DNA of 64,000 nt, taken from NCBI GenBank assembly GCA_021827605.1, contig JAKAVF010000031.1, forward strand, positions 28,592 through 92,591. Direction: 5' to 3'. A model generated the notes under the pieces. It searched no databases and was not told the origin of the DNA. It saw only the letters and a list, made by a program, of their open reading frames with translations. Below, piece after piece: positions 8,547 to 17,435 of the stretch. A program made the position numbers and the translations under genes. The stretch is from Candidatus Micrarchaeota archaeon. GTDB taxonomy: Archaea > Micrarchaeota > Micrarchaeia > Micrarchaeales > Micrarchaeaceae. Each line of letters starts with the position of its first letter. Position 1 is the stretch's first letter.

Positions 8547-9374
8547 ATGGTTAATATGGTCAATATGCTGCAAGAGGCCGCACAGCAACCAGGCAACAGC
8601 GTTGTTGCGGGCAGGCGGGAAAGTCCGCTATCTACATTGCTGCGTGTGGACACTCCGCTTTCTGTTGTAAATTCAACAGAAAGGACTTTGCAACTCTACG
8701 CCCGCTTCCTCGTAGACTTATGGAATCTCAGAGTTACAACGGCAGCGCATTTCCAGAAGTCCGAATGGGAATTGGCAGTCCAGCCGGCCGCCGGCAGGTT
8801 TTCCGAGCTATACGAGAGGAGAAGGCTGAGGACAATAGATCACAAACTCAGGATATCGCATTATCCGGAAGTACGGGACGCAATCTCCTCGGCATATCTT
8901 AGGCTAACCGGCGTGATGGCGAGGTATAGTATTTTTCCAGTAAATCTGCCAAAAGACCCAAAGTTGATTCCGACCCTTCTCGCGCCAGCCGGCACAGCCA
9001 GAAGGAGCGTATATGCGCCCCTCAGGAAAATAGCAGTGGAGCTTGACGCGCTCACAGGCCTTAAGTCAATAGCTGAAACTGGCGATTACGAAAGATTCAG
9101 GGGTGAGGCCGACATGGTCAATGCGATTGCCGCAGGGAACATAAGGACCCTGAAGGTGTTCAGAAAGGCGATGAGGGACAACAACGAGCTTTCATTGCTA
9201 TTTAGGCTCGCCATCGAAGCGAATGAGGCAAAGGCTGTGCTTATGCTTCTTGCGAAGTCGTTGAGGGGGGATGCGTTCTCGAAGTTCTTCTATACCTTCA
9301 CCTACATGAACATGCTAAAAGATGACGAGATAAGGGCTGCTATCGCGAACAGCCAACCCAGCGCCCAGATCTAA
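8547..9374 (+). CDS. Hypothetical protein (helical, no recognisable domain)
   Basis: Long ORF with no competing ORF. I recognise no motif. The N-terminal boundary is uncertain (see finding on 8362-8546). Confidence 0.4.
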   Translation: MVNMVNMLQEAAQQPGNSVVAGRRESPLSTLLRVDTPLSVVNSTERTLQLYARFLVDLWNLRVTTAAHFQKSEWELAVQPAAGRFSELYERRRLRTIDHKLRISHYPEVRDAISSAYLRLTGVMARYSIFPVNLPKDPKLIPTLLAPAGTARRSVYAPLRKIAVELDALTGLKSIAETGDYERFRGEADMVNAIAAGNIRTLKVFRKAMRDNNELSLLFRLAIEANEAKAVLMLLAKSLRGDAFSKFFYTFTYMNMLKDDEIRAAIANSQPSAQI

Positions 9375-10465
9375 CGGTCTGTTTCTCCGAAAACTATATC
9401 TAGGCTGCCAAGGATGGCGAACAGGTCCGCGAACTTCGCGCCTTCGCACATCTTTGGAAGGGCAGCAAGGTTCACAAATCCCGGCGCTCGTATCGAGAGA
9501 CGGAATGGTTTCTGTTTATCGGGCACCATGTAGATGAGGCCTTCCCCCTTCGGGAGCTCCCTTCTCGTTATGACTGTATCTGGCTTCGCAGGCGGACCTA
9601 TGAGCTTTACCGGCTGGCCTACCATGTCGCCTTCCGGCATCAGGTCAAGAGCCTGCTCTATTATCCTTATGCTCTGGAATATCTCCTCGTACCTAACCCT
9701 GTACCTCGAATATGAATCTTCCCCGCTCCTCGTGACCACATTGAAGTCGAGCTTGTCGTAGATGTAGTAAGGATGCGACTTCCTGACATCTTCATCGACA
9801 CCTGATGCGCGCAGCACCGGACCGGTAACACCGTAGTTTATCGCATCCTTCCTGCTCAACACGCCTACGCCCTCAAGCCTCTCCATAAAAACCCCATTTG
9901 CGTCGAGCACATCCTTGTATTCCGATACTTTTACCTTGAGGTAAGAGGTGAGCTCCAGCGCCATCTCCTTGAAGTATGGGGGAAGCGGCCTCTGCAATCC
10001 ACCAACCCTCATGTAGTTGTAGAACATCCTGCCGCCCGTCGCATTCTCCAGGAGTTTTAGCACTTTGGCCCTCTCCCTGAAGCACCACATGAATACGGTG
10101 AACATCTGCCCTATGTCGTTGCAGAGAGTGCCTATCCAAAGGAGGTGGTTGGCTATCCTCTGGAATTCTAGTAAGACAACCCTTGCGTATTGCGCAGGCT
10201 CCTTTACCTGCACGCCCATCGCCTCCTCTACGGCTGCGACATATAGGTCGTCCCAGCTCATCGGAGATATGTAATCAAGTTTCTCGAAATACGAGGGATT
10301 CTGCATGTACATCCTGGTTTCACAGAGCTTCTCCACTCCCCTATGCAGGAATCCGATGTGCGGTTCCACATTGACGATTGTGTCGCCATCAACATCGACC
10401 ACGAGACGAAGCACTCCATGCGTGCTCGGATGTATTGGCCCTACATTTATCCTCATCACTGCCAT
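9371..10465 (-). CDS. nuoD: NADH-quinone oxidoreductase subunit D (49 kDa)
   Basis: RINVGPIHPSTHGVLRLVVDVDGD and a C-terminal DIVFGETDR. The ORF is open to 10534. However, the ATG at 10465 overlaps the nuoC stop (TAATG) and gives the canonical MAVMRINVGP N-terminus. Confidence 0.9.
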   Translation of the reverse strand: MAVMRINVGPIHPSTHGVLRLVVDVDGDTIVNVEPHIGFLHRGVEKLCETRMYMQNPSYFEKLDYISPMSWDDLYVAAVEEAMGVQVKEPAQYARVVLLEFQRIANHLLWIGTLCNDIGQMFTVFMWCFRERAKVLKLLENATGGRMFYNYMRVGGLQRPLPPYFKEMALELTSYLKVKVSEYKDVLDANGVFMERLEGVGVLSRKDAINYGVTGPVLRASGVDEDVRKSHPYYIYDKLDFNVVTRSGEDSYSRYRVRYEEIFQSIRIIEQALDLMPEGDMVGQPVKLIGPPAKPDTVITRRELPKGEGLIYMVPDKQKPFRLSIRAPGFVNLAALPKMCEGAKFADLFAILGSLDIVFGETDR

Positions 10466-10845
10466 TATCCCATCTTCTTGTAATCTTTGCCCCAGATAAA
10501 GCTCTTCCTGAGCGGTGCGTCGGTGCCGTTCCACTCTTCAAGAAGGAGCCTCTTCGCATCTCTCCCCTCCACCTTAATCCCGAACATCTCCTGCAGCTCC
10601 CTTTCATACCAGTCCGCAGCCATGTAGACATGCATCACCGATGCTATCGATGGGCTGGCCTGGTCGAGCTTCACCTTGACTACCTCCTCTTTCTTGCTGT
10701 CCGTGTTGTAGATTATGTATATGACCTCTATATGGTCAACATAGTCCACAGCCGTTATCTTCTTCAGGTAGTCAAAGCCTTTTGCCTTCAGCCCCTCTAT
10801 TTGTCTCACTAAGGTTTCTTTCGGTATTTCCTGCAATTTTACCAC
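10465..10845 (-). CDS. nuoC: NADH-quinone oxidoreductase subunit C (30 kDa), short form
   Basis: AADWYERELQEMFGIKVEG is the NuoC signature region. 126 aa. Confidence 0.85.
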   Translation of the reverse strand: MVKLQEIPKETLVRQIEGLKAKGFDYLKKITAVDYVDHIEVIYIIYNTDSKKEEVVKVKLDQASPSIASVMHVYMAADWYERELQEMFGIKVEGRDAKRLLLEEWNGTDAPLRKSFIWGKDYKKMG

Positions 10846-11425
10846 TCACTTTGTCCTGCAGCTTCATCAGAGCCGCGAAAAGGTTCTCGGGTCGAGGCGG
10901 ACATCCCGCCACGTAAACATCAACCGGAATAACCTGGTCTACGCCTTTTATTATGTTGTAGCTCTCCCACCACGGCCCGCCGCATGTGGCGCATTCTCCA
11001 TATGCGATTACATAGCGGGGAGATGCCATCTGCTCGTAGAGGCGCTTTATCCTTGGAATCATCGATTTTGTCACCCAGCCAGCCACAAGCATGACGTCGC
11101 ACTGCCTTGGCGTGGCCCTGAAGAGCAGGTATCCCTTCCTCTCCGCGTCTATTCTCGATGCGCCAAAGTCCATAAGCTCTATAGCGCAGCAGGCAAGCCC
11201 GAACTGGAGGGGCCACATCGAGTTTGTCCGACCCCACTTTATTATCCCGCTAGCCATTCCCTTTGTTACTTCGCTGAGCTTTGTGAAGACAGCAGGCTGC
11301 GGCTGCTTGTAGTTCTTGAGCGATTGCTCTACGAGCAGGTTCATCTTCTTCTCAGCATTCATGAACTGCTCCCCAGAAAATGGATTTTCGTCAATCGCTT
11401 TCGCTTGTTCCGACACGTCTATCAC
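10772..11425 (-). CDS. nuoB: NADH-quinone oxidoreductase subunit B (20 kDa, PSST)
   Basis: GLACCAIELM, GECATCGGPW and GCPPRPE are the ligands of cluster N2. The start could also be the Met at 11362. Confidence 0.9.
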   Translation of the reverse strand: MIDVSEQAKAIDENPFSGEQFMNAEKKMNLLVEQSLKNYKQPQPAVFTKLSEVTKGMASGIIKWGRTNSMWPLQFGLACCAIELMDFGASRIDAERKGYLLFRATPRQCDVMLVAGWVTKSMIPRIKRLYEQMASPRYVIAYGECATCGGPWWESYNIIKGVDQVIPVDVYVAGCPPRPENLFAALMKLQDKVSGKIAGNTERNLSETNRGAEGKRL

Positions 11426-11777
11426 CTATGTACTTGTAGCCTATCATCGCAAGCGCCATTGAAACTATTGCAAGGCCGATGACCAATAGGTTAGTGCTCG
11501 CTCCTGCAATCCTAGCTGCCAGCGCCCAGAGTATCAGCACCATCGTGATGATCTCGAACGGAAGGAAGATTGCGAAGAACGGAAGGTACTCGTTGTCAAT
11601 GTCGCGGATGCCGCCGACAGGCTGCTCAGCGCTTTCGTAGCTTGTTCCCTTTACCCTGTTCCCGGGAGGATTTTTCCTCAACAGTTTTGATGTGAGCAGG
11701 AACGAGGCTGGGATGAAGATGGCGAAGAGCACAAAAACTATAAGAGCTATGTAGTCGTAATAATCTAGGTACATCAT
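11391..11777 (-). CDS. nuoA: NADH-quinone oxidoreductase subunit A
   Basis: Three TM segments, YESAEQPVG and LPFFAIFLPFEIITMVLILW. The ORF is open to 11861. The ATGATG at 11777 avoids overlap with divergent dtdA and gives a normal length of about 128 aa. Confidence 0.75.
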   Translation of the reverse strand: MMYLDYYDYIALIVFVLFAIFIPASFLLTSKLLRKNPPGNRVKGTSYESAEQPVGGIRDIDNEYLPFFAIFLPFEIITMVLILWALAARIAGASTNLLVIGLAIVSMALAMIGYKYIGDRRVGTSESD

Positions 11778-11818
11778 ATAGCTTAGAAAGCCCACCTTTT
11801 TATTTTTGACGTGAACGC

Positions 11819-12604
11819 ATGTACATAGTCTATTCCCTAGCGGATCCAGTCTCGAAAGCAATAGCAGATGCGCTGAGGGAATCCTTTGGTTTCGAAGAAG
11901 GGGGCCAATTCAACGGGATGAGGCTATTCAAGTGCGAGAAAGCCAACCTTCTGGAGCTGGAGGAGACCCACCTCCATGCTGACTTCCTCGACGAACTGCA
12001 TACAGACCTGATAATAATACTGAGCAGGCATAGCAGCGCGAAAGGAGTGCCCTCATTTACCGTGCACCCCATGGGGAACTGGAACGAAGAGGCAAAGCTG
12101 GGGGGGAAGCCGAAGCAGCTTGCTGTTGCCGCGCCCATAGGGATGCTGAACTGCCTGGCCGCGATGAAGAACAGGAATAAGACACAGGTACCGGTGACAT
12201 ACGAAGCTACGCACCATGGCCCACTGCTGATGACACCAGCGTTCTATGCAGAGATAGGCGGAGACGAGCGAACCAAGACGAGCAAAGAGGCAGCGCGCTT
12301 CCTTGCAGAATCGGTGTTCGAGTCGCTTGACATCGAGGCTCCGTACAAGAAAATAGCCTTCGGGATAGGCGGCCTCCATTATGAGGACAGGTTCGCGAAG
12401 AGGGCGCTCGAAGGGGAGTATGCATTCGGGCATATGATTTCAAAGCATCACGTGGAGAACGTCGACATGCTGCAGCAGGCGATGGAGAGGTCGCTGCCAA
12501 GGCCAGATGTCGCCGTCATTGACTGGAAGAGCATCGCCGCGCAGGAGCGAGAGGCAGTGATAAAGAAGCTTGACGAGCTTGGCATGGATTATGTTAAGAT
12601 ATGA
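11819..12604 (+). CDS. dtdA: Archaeal D-aminoacyl-tRNA deacylase (DtdA family)
   Basis: SRHSS, HPMGNW, YEATHHGP, AEIGG, GIGGLHY, KRALEGEYAFGH and IDWK match the DtdA family signature blocks in order. Confidence 0.8.
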   Translation: MYIVYSLADPVSKAIADALRESFGFEEGGQFNGMRLFKCEKANLLELEETHLHADFLDELHTDLIIILSRHSSAKGVPSFTVHPMGNWNEEAKLGGKPKQLAVAAPIGMLNCLAAMKNRNKTQVPVTYEATHHGPLLMTPAFYAEIGGDERTKTSKEAARFLAESVFESLDIEAPYKKIAFGIGGLHYEDRFAKRALEGEYAFGHMISKHHVENVDMLQQAMERSLPRPDVAVIDWKSIAAQEREAVIKKLDELGMDYVKI

Positions 12605-15367
12605 GTGATTTGTATAGCTGACATCTACGATATCTTTCTCAAAAGGTACAAAACATACACGGGTATACAGAAGCTAGCGCTGCCTATAATCGAGAAGCTT
12701 GAGAACTGCATAATAATAGCGCCGACGGGATCGGGGAAGACGGAGGCCGCAGTGCTCCCGGTGTTCGACAGGATTGCGAAAGATCCGGACAGGTCCGGAA
12801 TAAAGCTGCTCTACATAACTCCGCTGCGCGCCCTCAACAGGGACATGATCAAGAGACTGGAGCAGATGTGCGCAGAGGCCGGGATAACGATTGCGGTCAG
12901 GCATGGCGACACTACGCAGAGCGAAAGGGGGAAGCAGGCGAGGCATGCACCGCAGGTGCTTATCACAACCCCGGAGACTCTCCAGAGCGTGCTGCCGACC
13001 AAGAGCATAGGTCCTTCGCTGAAGAATGTGAAGGCCGTCATAATCGACGAGATACACGAGCTCTATTTCAATAAGAGGGGGGCACAGCTTTCTGTCGCCC
13101 TAGAGAGGCTAGAAGAACTTTCTCCTGGCTTCCAGAGGATTGGGATAAGCGCGACAGTTGGCGACCCTGAGCAGATCAGCAAATACCTTTGCAACGAGCG
13201 GCCGTGCAGGACAGCGCAGGTGCTGCACAGGAAGGAGATGTCGCTCAGGGTGGAGCTTCCAAGGACGCACGCAAAGCACCTTGATGAACTTGCGAACAGG
13301 TTCGGCCTCGACAGCGACGCGCTAGGAAGGCTCAATGCGATTGCGGAAAATGTCAAGGATTCGAAGTCAACCATAATATTCGCAAACACGCGTCAGGTCG
13401 TAGAGGCGCTCGGGAGCCGGCTTCTCCACCTCAACAGCATCGAGCCTTTCGGAGGGATAGGCGTGCACCACAGCTCCCTCGACAGGATGGAGAGGATAAA
13501 GATCGAGAACGAGTTCAAGGAAGGAAGGCTCAAGAGCATAATCGCGACCAGCTCGTTAGAACTCGGAATCGATATTGGGAACGTAGACCTTGTAATCCAG
13601 TATGGGTCCCCACGACAGGCTCTTCGGCTTATACAGAGGGTAGGGAGGAGCGGCCACACGGAGAAAGGCGCAGCAAAGGGGCTTGTACTCGCGACCAACA
13701 CGATGGATGCGATAGAAGCATCTGCGATATTCAGCAATGTTGCGGAAGGTGTGCTCGAGAGGTACAAGCCGCAGAGCAATGCACTCGATGTCCTAGCAAA
13801 CCAGATATGCGGAATCGCTCTCGACAAAGGGTCATGCGGTATAGACCAGCTAAGCTCGATAGTAAGGCGCTCGTACATCTATAAGGACTTTCCGAGGGAA
13901 AAGCTGGCATGGCTCCTCGAATTCATGAACAAGCACAGGATGGTGGGTTTCGACGGGAGTAACATATCTTCTGGGCCAAGGACCAGGATGTACTATTATG
14001 GCCACCTCAGCGTCATTCCCGATTCAAAGCGCTTCCTCATCAAGAACGTTGCTGACAACAGGATAATATCCAGCCTTGACGAGGGATTTGTCGTCAGCGC
14101 AGTTGACGAGAACTCAGTCTTCATAACGAAGGGGCTTCCATGGAAAGTCATCAGCATAGACGAGAACGTCATAACGGTAGAGCCGAGCTCTGACCTAGAA
14201 GCTGCAATACCTGACTGGAGCGGAGAGGACATTCCGGTCAGCGGGAAGGTCACAGGAAAGGTATTCACGATATTCAACAATCCGGAAATCATCTCGAACG
14301 CAGACCAGGAGGCGAAAGGCGAGATGAAAGAGTTCATAGCAGCGCAGGAGAAGATCGGTCTTCCGAGCGCCGACAGGCTGATCATAGAGCAGGGTGATGA
14401 ATATGTCATTCTTCACACAGGGCTGGGCACACTAGCAAACGAGGCACTCTCGCGCCTTCTCGCATTCAGGCTGACAGCAAGAGTTGGAAGAAGCGTGAAC
14501 ATGAAGTCGTCGCCGTACATGATATTCTTTGAGCTGCCATCCAGCATAAGGATCGAGCCGGTACTAAGAGAAACGGCGGAGCACGACGTTGAAAAGCTGC
14601 TCGCAAACACAATGCAGGAGACCGAACTGTTCAGGTACAAGTTTGTGACCGTTGCAAAGCTGTTTGGGATTATAGACAAGGAGGCACCGATGTCAAAGTC
14701 GATAACCAGGAGAGTAATGAAGGTCCTGCAGGACAGCCCGGTATACGCTGAGACATCAAGAGAACTGATGCAGAACTATTTCGATATAGAAACGCTCGCC
14801 AAATTCTTCAGCGCAATCAGCAGCGGAAGGATGAAGATATGGACGGTAGCTGCCGGCACGCTGTCTCCGATAGCAAAGATGATACTCAACTCTGCCTATT
14901 ATACAAAGGAGCTAGTGATGCCGCTGCTCCCGAGCGACGAGCTCATCGCATCGTTCTCAAAGTACCTGCTTTCAAAGAACATCAAGCTGCTTTGCACATA
15001 CTGCGGAATGCATTTCTCCAGGAAGCTCAACGAGATAAAGGACGAGAAGGAGATAAAGTGCCCCAACTGCGCAAGCCCGATGATAGCGCCGTTCTCGGAG
15101 GAGTACAATGCGGTAATAAAGAAGAGGATAGACGGAAAGCGGCTCACCGCAGCGGAGCGGAAGGAGCTCAGGGAGATAATGAAGCAGGCCAGCCTATTCG
15201 ACTCGTATGGAGGGAGGGCAGCGCTCGCGCTTTCCACCTATGGCGTCGGGCCGACCAGCGCGGCAAGAATACTCATGATGCTCAGGAGGCAGGAGCACCT
15301 CTTCTTCACAGACCTGATCGAGGCGCAGAAGACCTTCATAAAGAACAAGAAATACTGGTCGATTTAG
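12605..15367 (+). CDS. lhr: Lhr-type ATP-dependent DEAD/DEAH-box helicase with C-terminal zinc ribbon
   Basis: APTGSGKTEAAVLP, LYITPLRALNRDM, DEIHE, SAT and GRSGH. 920 aa. C-terminal CTYCG...CPNC zinc ribbon. The GTG start abuts the dtdA stop. Confidence 0.8.
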   Translation: MICIADIYDIFLKRYKTYTGIQKLALPIIEKLENCIIIAPTGSGKTEAAVLPVFDRIAKDPDRSGIKLLYITPLRALNRDMIKRLEQMCAEAGITIAVRHGDTTQSERGKQARHAPQVLITTPETLQSVLPTKSIGPSLKNVKAVIIDEIHELYFNKRGAQLSVALERLEELSPGFQRIGISATVGDPEQISKYLCNERPCRTAQVLHRKEMSLRVELPRTHAKHLDELANRFGLDSDALGRLNAIAENVKDSKSTIIFANTRQVVEALGSRLLHLNSIEPFGGIGVHHSSLDRMERIKIENEFKEGRLKSIIATSSLELGIDIGNVDLVIQYGSPRQALRLIQRVGRSGHTEKGAAKGLVLATNTMDAIEASAIFSNVAEGVLERYKPQSNALDVLANQICGIALDKGSCGIDQLSSIVRRSYIYKDFPREKLAWLLEFMNKHRMVGFDGSNISSGPRTRMYYYGHLSVIPDSKRFLIKNVADNRIISSLDEGFVVSAVDENSVFITKGLPWKVISIDENVITVEPSSDLEAAIPDWSGEDIPVSGKVTGKVFTIFNNPEIISNADQEAKGEMKEFIAAQEKIGLPSADRLIIEQGDEYVILHTGLGTLANEALSRLLAFRLTARVGRSVNMKSSPYMIFFELPSSIRIEPVLRETAEHDVEKLLANTMQETELFRYKFVTVAKLFGIIDKEAPMSKSITRRVMKVLQDSPVYAETSRELMQNYFDIETLAKFFSAISSGRMKIWTVAAGTLSPIAKMILNSAYYTKELVMPLLPSDELIASFSKYLLSKNIKLLCTYCGMHFSRKLNEIKDEKEIKCPNCASPMIAPFSEEYNAVIKKRIDGKRLTAAERKELREIMKQASLFDSYGGRAALALSTYGVGPTSAARILMMLRRQEHLFFTDLIEAQKTFIKNKKYWSI

Positions 15368-15517
15368 CCAAAGCCAAACCCATACTATAAATAGTTTCTG
15401 CACTTTTATCTAATTGGTGTTTCTCTGGATATAAGACCGCTCACGATAAGGCAGGACATCAAGATACTAGTCATATTCCTGATAGTCCAGTTCCTTGGCC
15501 TTCTCCTTGCAACGCAG

Positions 15518-16432
15518 GTGTACAATAATCAGCCGTCGTTCATCATACAGATCTACCAGGTGGTTGCACCTTCGAGCTTCGTGCTGTTCTACGCGTTTGC
15601 GATAGTGCTGTTCGCGCTCATAATCATAATAATAATGCGGACGCGCTCAAGCAGGTTTTTCTTCCTGCTTATGGAAGCGATAGCGATATTCGCCGGATCA
15701 TTCTTCACCCTAATAATTGCAATCGGCGCCCTTGTCGGGCAGTCAGCGCAGGCTGTGGTGAGCCTGCTCTTCCTCTACTTCCCAAATACAACAGTCCTGT
15801 CTGTGTTCATCGCTTCGGCGGTCATCTCATTTCTGATAATCGCAGCGAAGTGGAAGATTCCGCGCATGAGGAATTTTGCATCGATAATAGCCAGCGTAGG
15901 GATTGGGCTGATTGTCGGCCTGCAGATAAGTTTTGTCGCATCGCTGATATTTCTGTTGATATTCGCCGCCTATGATTTCATAGCCGTGTTCATCACAAAG
16001 CACATGGTTGCAATGGCGAACGCAGCTATGAGCATGAACCTTGCATTGCTCGTCGGCGTTACGGATGTCGAAGCCGTGCCGAAGGAGAGCCTAAAGCCGC
16101 ACGAAAGGGAGCTTGTATCAAAGCAGAGGCAAGCCTTCGCGCACCACAAGCCTCTGCTAAGGGAGCTTGAGAAGGAAAAAAGGGTACCGCTGATAGGGCA
16201 GAGGGCGCTCGGCAATGGCGACCTGGCGATTCCACTCATAGTCTCAGTGGCTGCGTATCAAGTAGGGGAGAGCTTCATCCCCTGCCTGGTTGTCGCAACA
16301 GGTGCCGTCGTGGGGCTGCTGCTCAACTTTTACATACTGGAGAAGTTCAGGAGGATGCTGCCGGCGATACCCGCACTGGCCTTTGGCATAATCATGGCGC
16401 TTGGCGTTTACATTATCGCGGTTTCCGTATAA
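15518..16432 (+). CDS. Presenilin/signal-peptide-peptidase-like intramembrane aspartyl protease (A22 family)
   Basis: Polytopic membrane protein with YD (FAAYDFIAVF), GxGD (LGNGDLAIPL) and PAL (MLPAIPALAFG) in canonical order. A hydrophobic in-frame segment lies upstream with no canonical start. Confidence 0.7.
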   Translation: MYNNQPSFIIQIYQVVAPSSFVLFYAFAIVLFALIIIIIMRTRSSRFFFLLMEAIAIFAGSFFTLIIAIGALVGQSAQAVVSLLFLYFPNTTVLSVFIASAVISFLIIAAKWKIPRMRNFASIIASVGIGLIVGLQISFVASLIFLLIFAAYDFIAVFITKHMVAMANAAMSMNLALLVGVTDVEAVPKESLKPHERELVSKQRQAFAHHKPLLRELEKEKRVPLIGQRALGNGDLAIPLIVSVAAYQVGESFIPCLVVATGAVVGLLLNFYILEKFRRMLPAIPALAFGIIMALGVYIIAVSV

Positions 16433-16485
16433 GTTTCCTTTCCAATCGGATATTATGGACGCACTGGACAGCGAATGGAATTTCA

Positions 16486-16752
16486 ATGCCGCTCAGCGTT
16501 GGCGCTGGAGTCGATGGTGCGGAAGTCGTCCGCTGGCTGCGCGACAACCAAAAGCACGAGTTCCAAAGGCTCAGCCTGGAATTCCCGTACCTAAAGGACG
16601 GAAATTGGCGTGAAATCCTTCCGGCTCTTGCGAATGTGCAGAACTGCCCGTGTGAGTTCCACAAGTATGCGAAAATCTCGGAAGGGACGGGCCGTGTGTG
16701 CAGGAAGTTCCCAGAGCCTCTCTCCCTGCTGCCGTCTGCCAATTTAAGATAG
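16486..16752 (+). CDS. Hypothetical small protein
   Basis: 88-aa ORF filling an otherwise empty gap. No recognisable motif. Coding status uncertain. Confidence 0.25.
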   Translation: MPLSVGAGVDGAEVVRWLRDNQKHEFQRLSLEFPYLKDGNWREILPALANVQNCPCEFHKYAKISEGTGRVCRKFPEPLSLLPSANLR

Positions 16753-16763
16753 TTTAAAATAGT

Positions 16764-17384
16764 TTGCTTTCAATCTACTTTACAGGTAATATTATGAACG
16801 GCTTAAGGAATACGGTATTTGGGACACTGGGAGTGCTCCTAATGTTGATGGCGATTGCGCCACAGGCATCCTTTGCATCGGGACTCGGATGGGTGCTGAA
16901 CGGAACAGTGTTCAATGCTGCGACATGCCAGCCACTGGCCGGGGTCAACGTAAGCTCATCGTACAATGGCAATGCGTTCAACATAAGCAACTCGAACGGT
17001 TACTACTATCTAGTGCTCGGAACAGGAAACTGGTCGGTCAGCTTCGTAAAGGCTGGCTTTGAGAGCGGCTACTTCAACACACCGTACGAGACTAACGGAG
17101 CATACTTCCACAATGTATCTCTCGTCCCCGTTGGCGGGGCAGCGCATCCATGCGGCACCAACACTACGCTTATCAACAGCACAACATCGATAACAACGCC
17201 GGGCGCAACCAACAGCAGCACATCGCCTACAACCTCGATAAGCGGCACGAGCGGCGGAGCGTCGAGCGCTGGAGGGCTTAGCACGACAATGATTGTCGGG
17301 ATAATAATAGTCATCATCGTGATAATAGCTATAGTGGCATACGCGATGAGAGGAAAGGGCAGCAAGAAGGGCGCCACGGCTTGA
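16764..17384 (+). CDS. Surface protein with carboxypeptidase-regulatory-like (CarboxypepD_reg) beta-sandwich, S/T linker and C-terminal TM anchor
   Basis: N-terminal signal/TM, then GWVLNGTVFNAATCQPLAGVNVS...GYYYLVLGTGNWSVSFVKAGFE. An S/T-rich stretch follows, then the hydrophobic IVGIIIVIIVIIAIVAYA plus a basic tail. Confidence 0.5.
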   Translation: MLSIYFTGNIMNGLRNTVFGTLGVLLMLMAIAPQASFASGLGWVLNGTVFNAATCQPLAGVNVSSSYNGNAFNISNSNGYYYLVLGTGNWSVSFVKAGFESGYFNTPYETNGAYFHNVSLVPVGGAAHPCGTNTTLINSTTSITTPGATNSSTSPTTSISGTSGGASSAGGLSTTMIVGIIIVIIVIIAIVAYAMRGKGSKKGATA

Positions 17385-17435
17385 TTGACCTCAAGCCATT
17401 TCTTTTCTTTTTTCTTTCTTCATTTAAGCTAAAAT

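Noticed and set aside
8617-8628. GGGAAAGTCCGC resembles the CR-I (GGAAAGUCC) motif of RNase P RNA, and ACAGAAAGGACTTT follows 50 nt later.
   Set aside because: I could not find a complementary P4 3' strand (GCGGAC...) or the other conserved regions within 300 nt. The segment lies inside a long coherent ORF (8547-9374). The AAAGTCC/GGACTTT pair forms only a local hairpin. A covariance-model scan would settle it.
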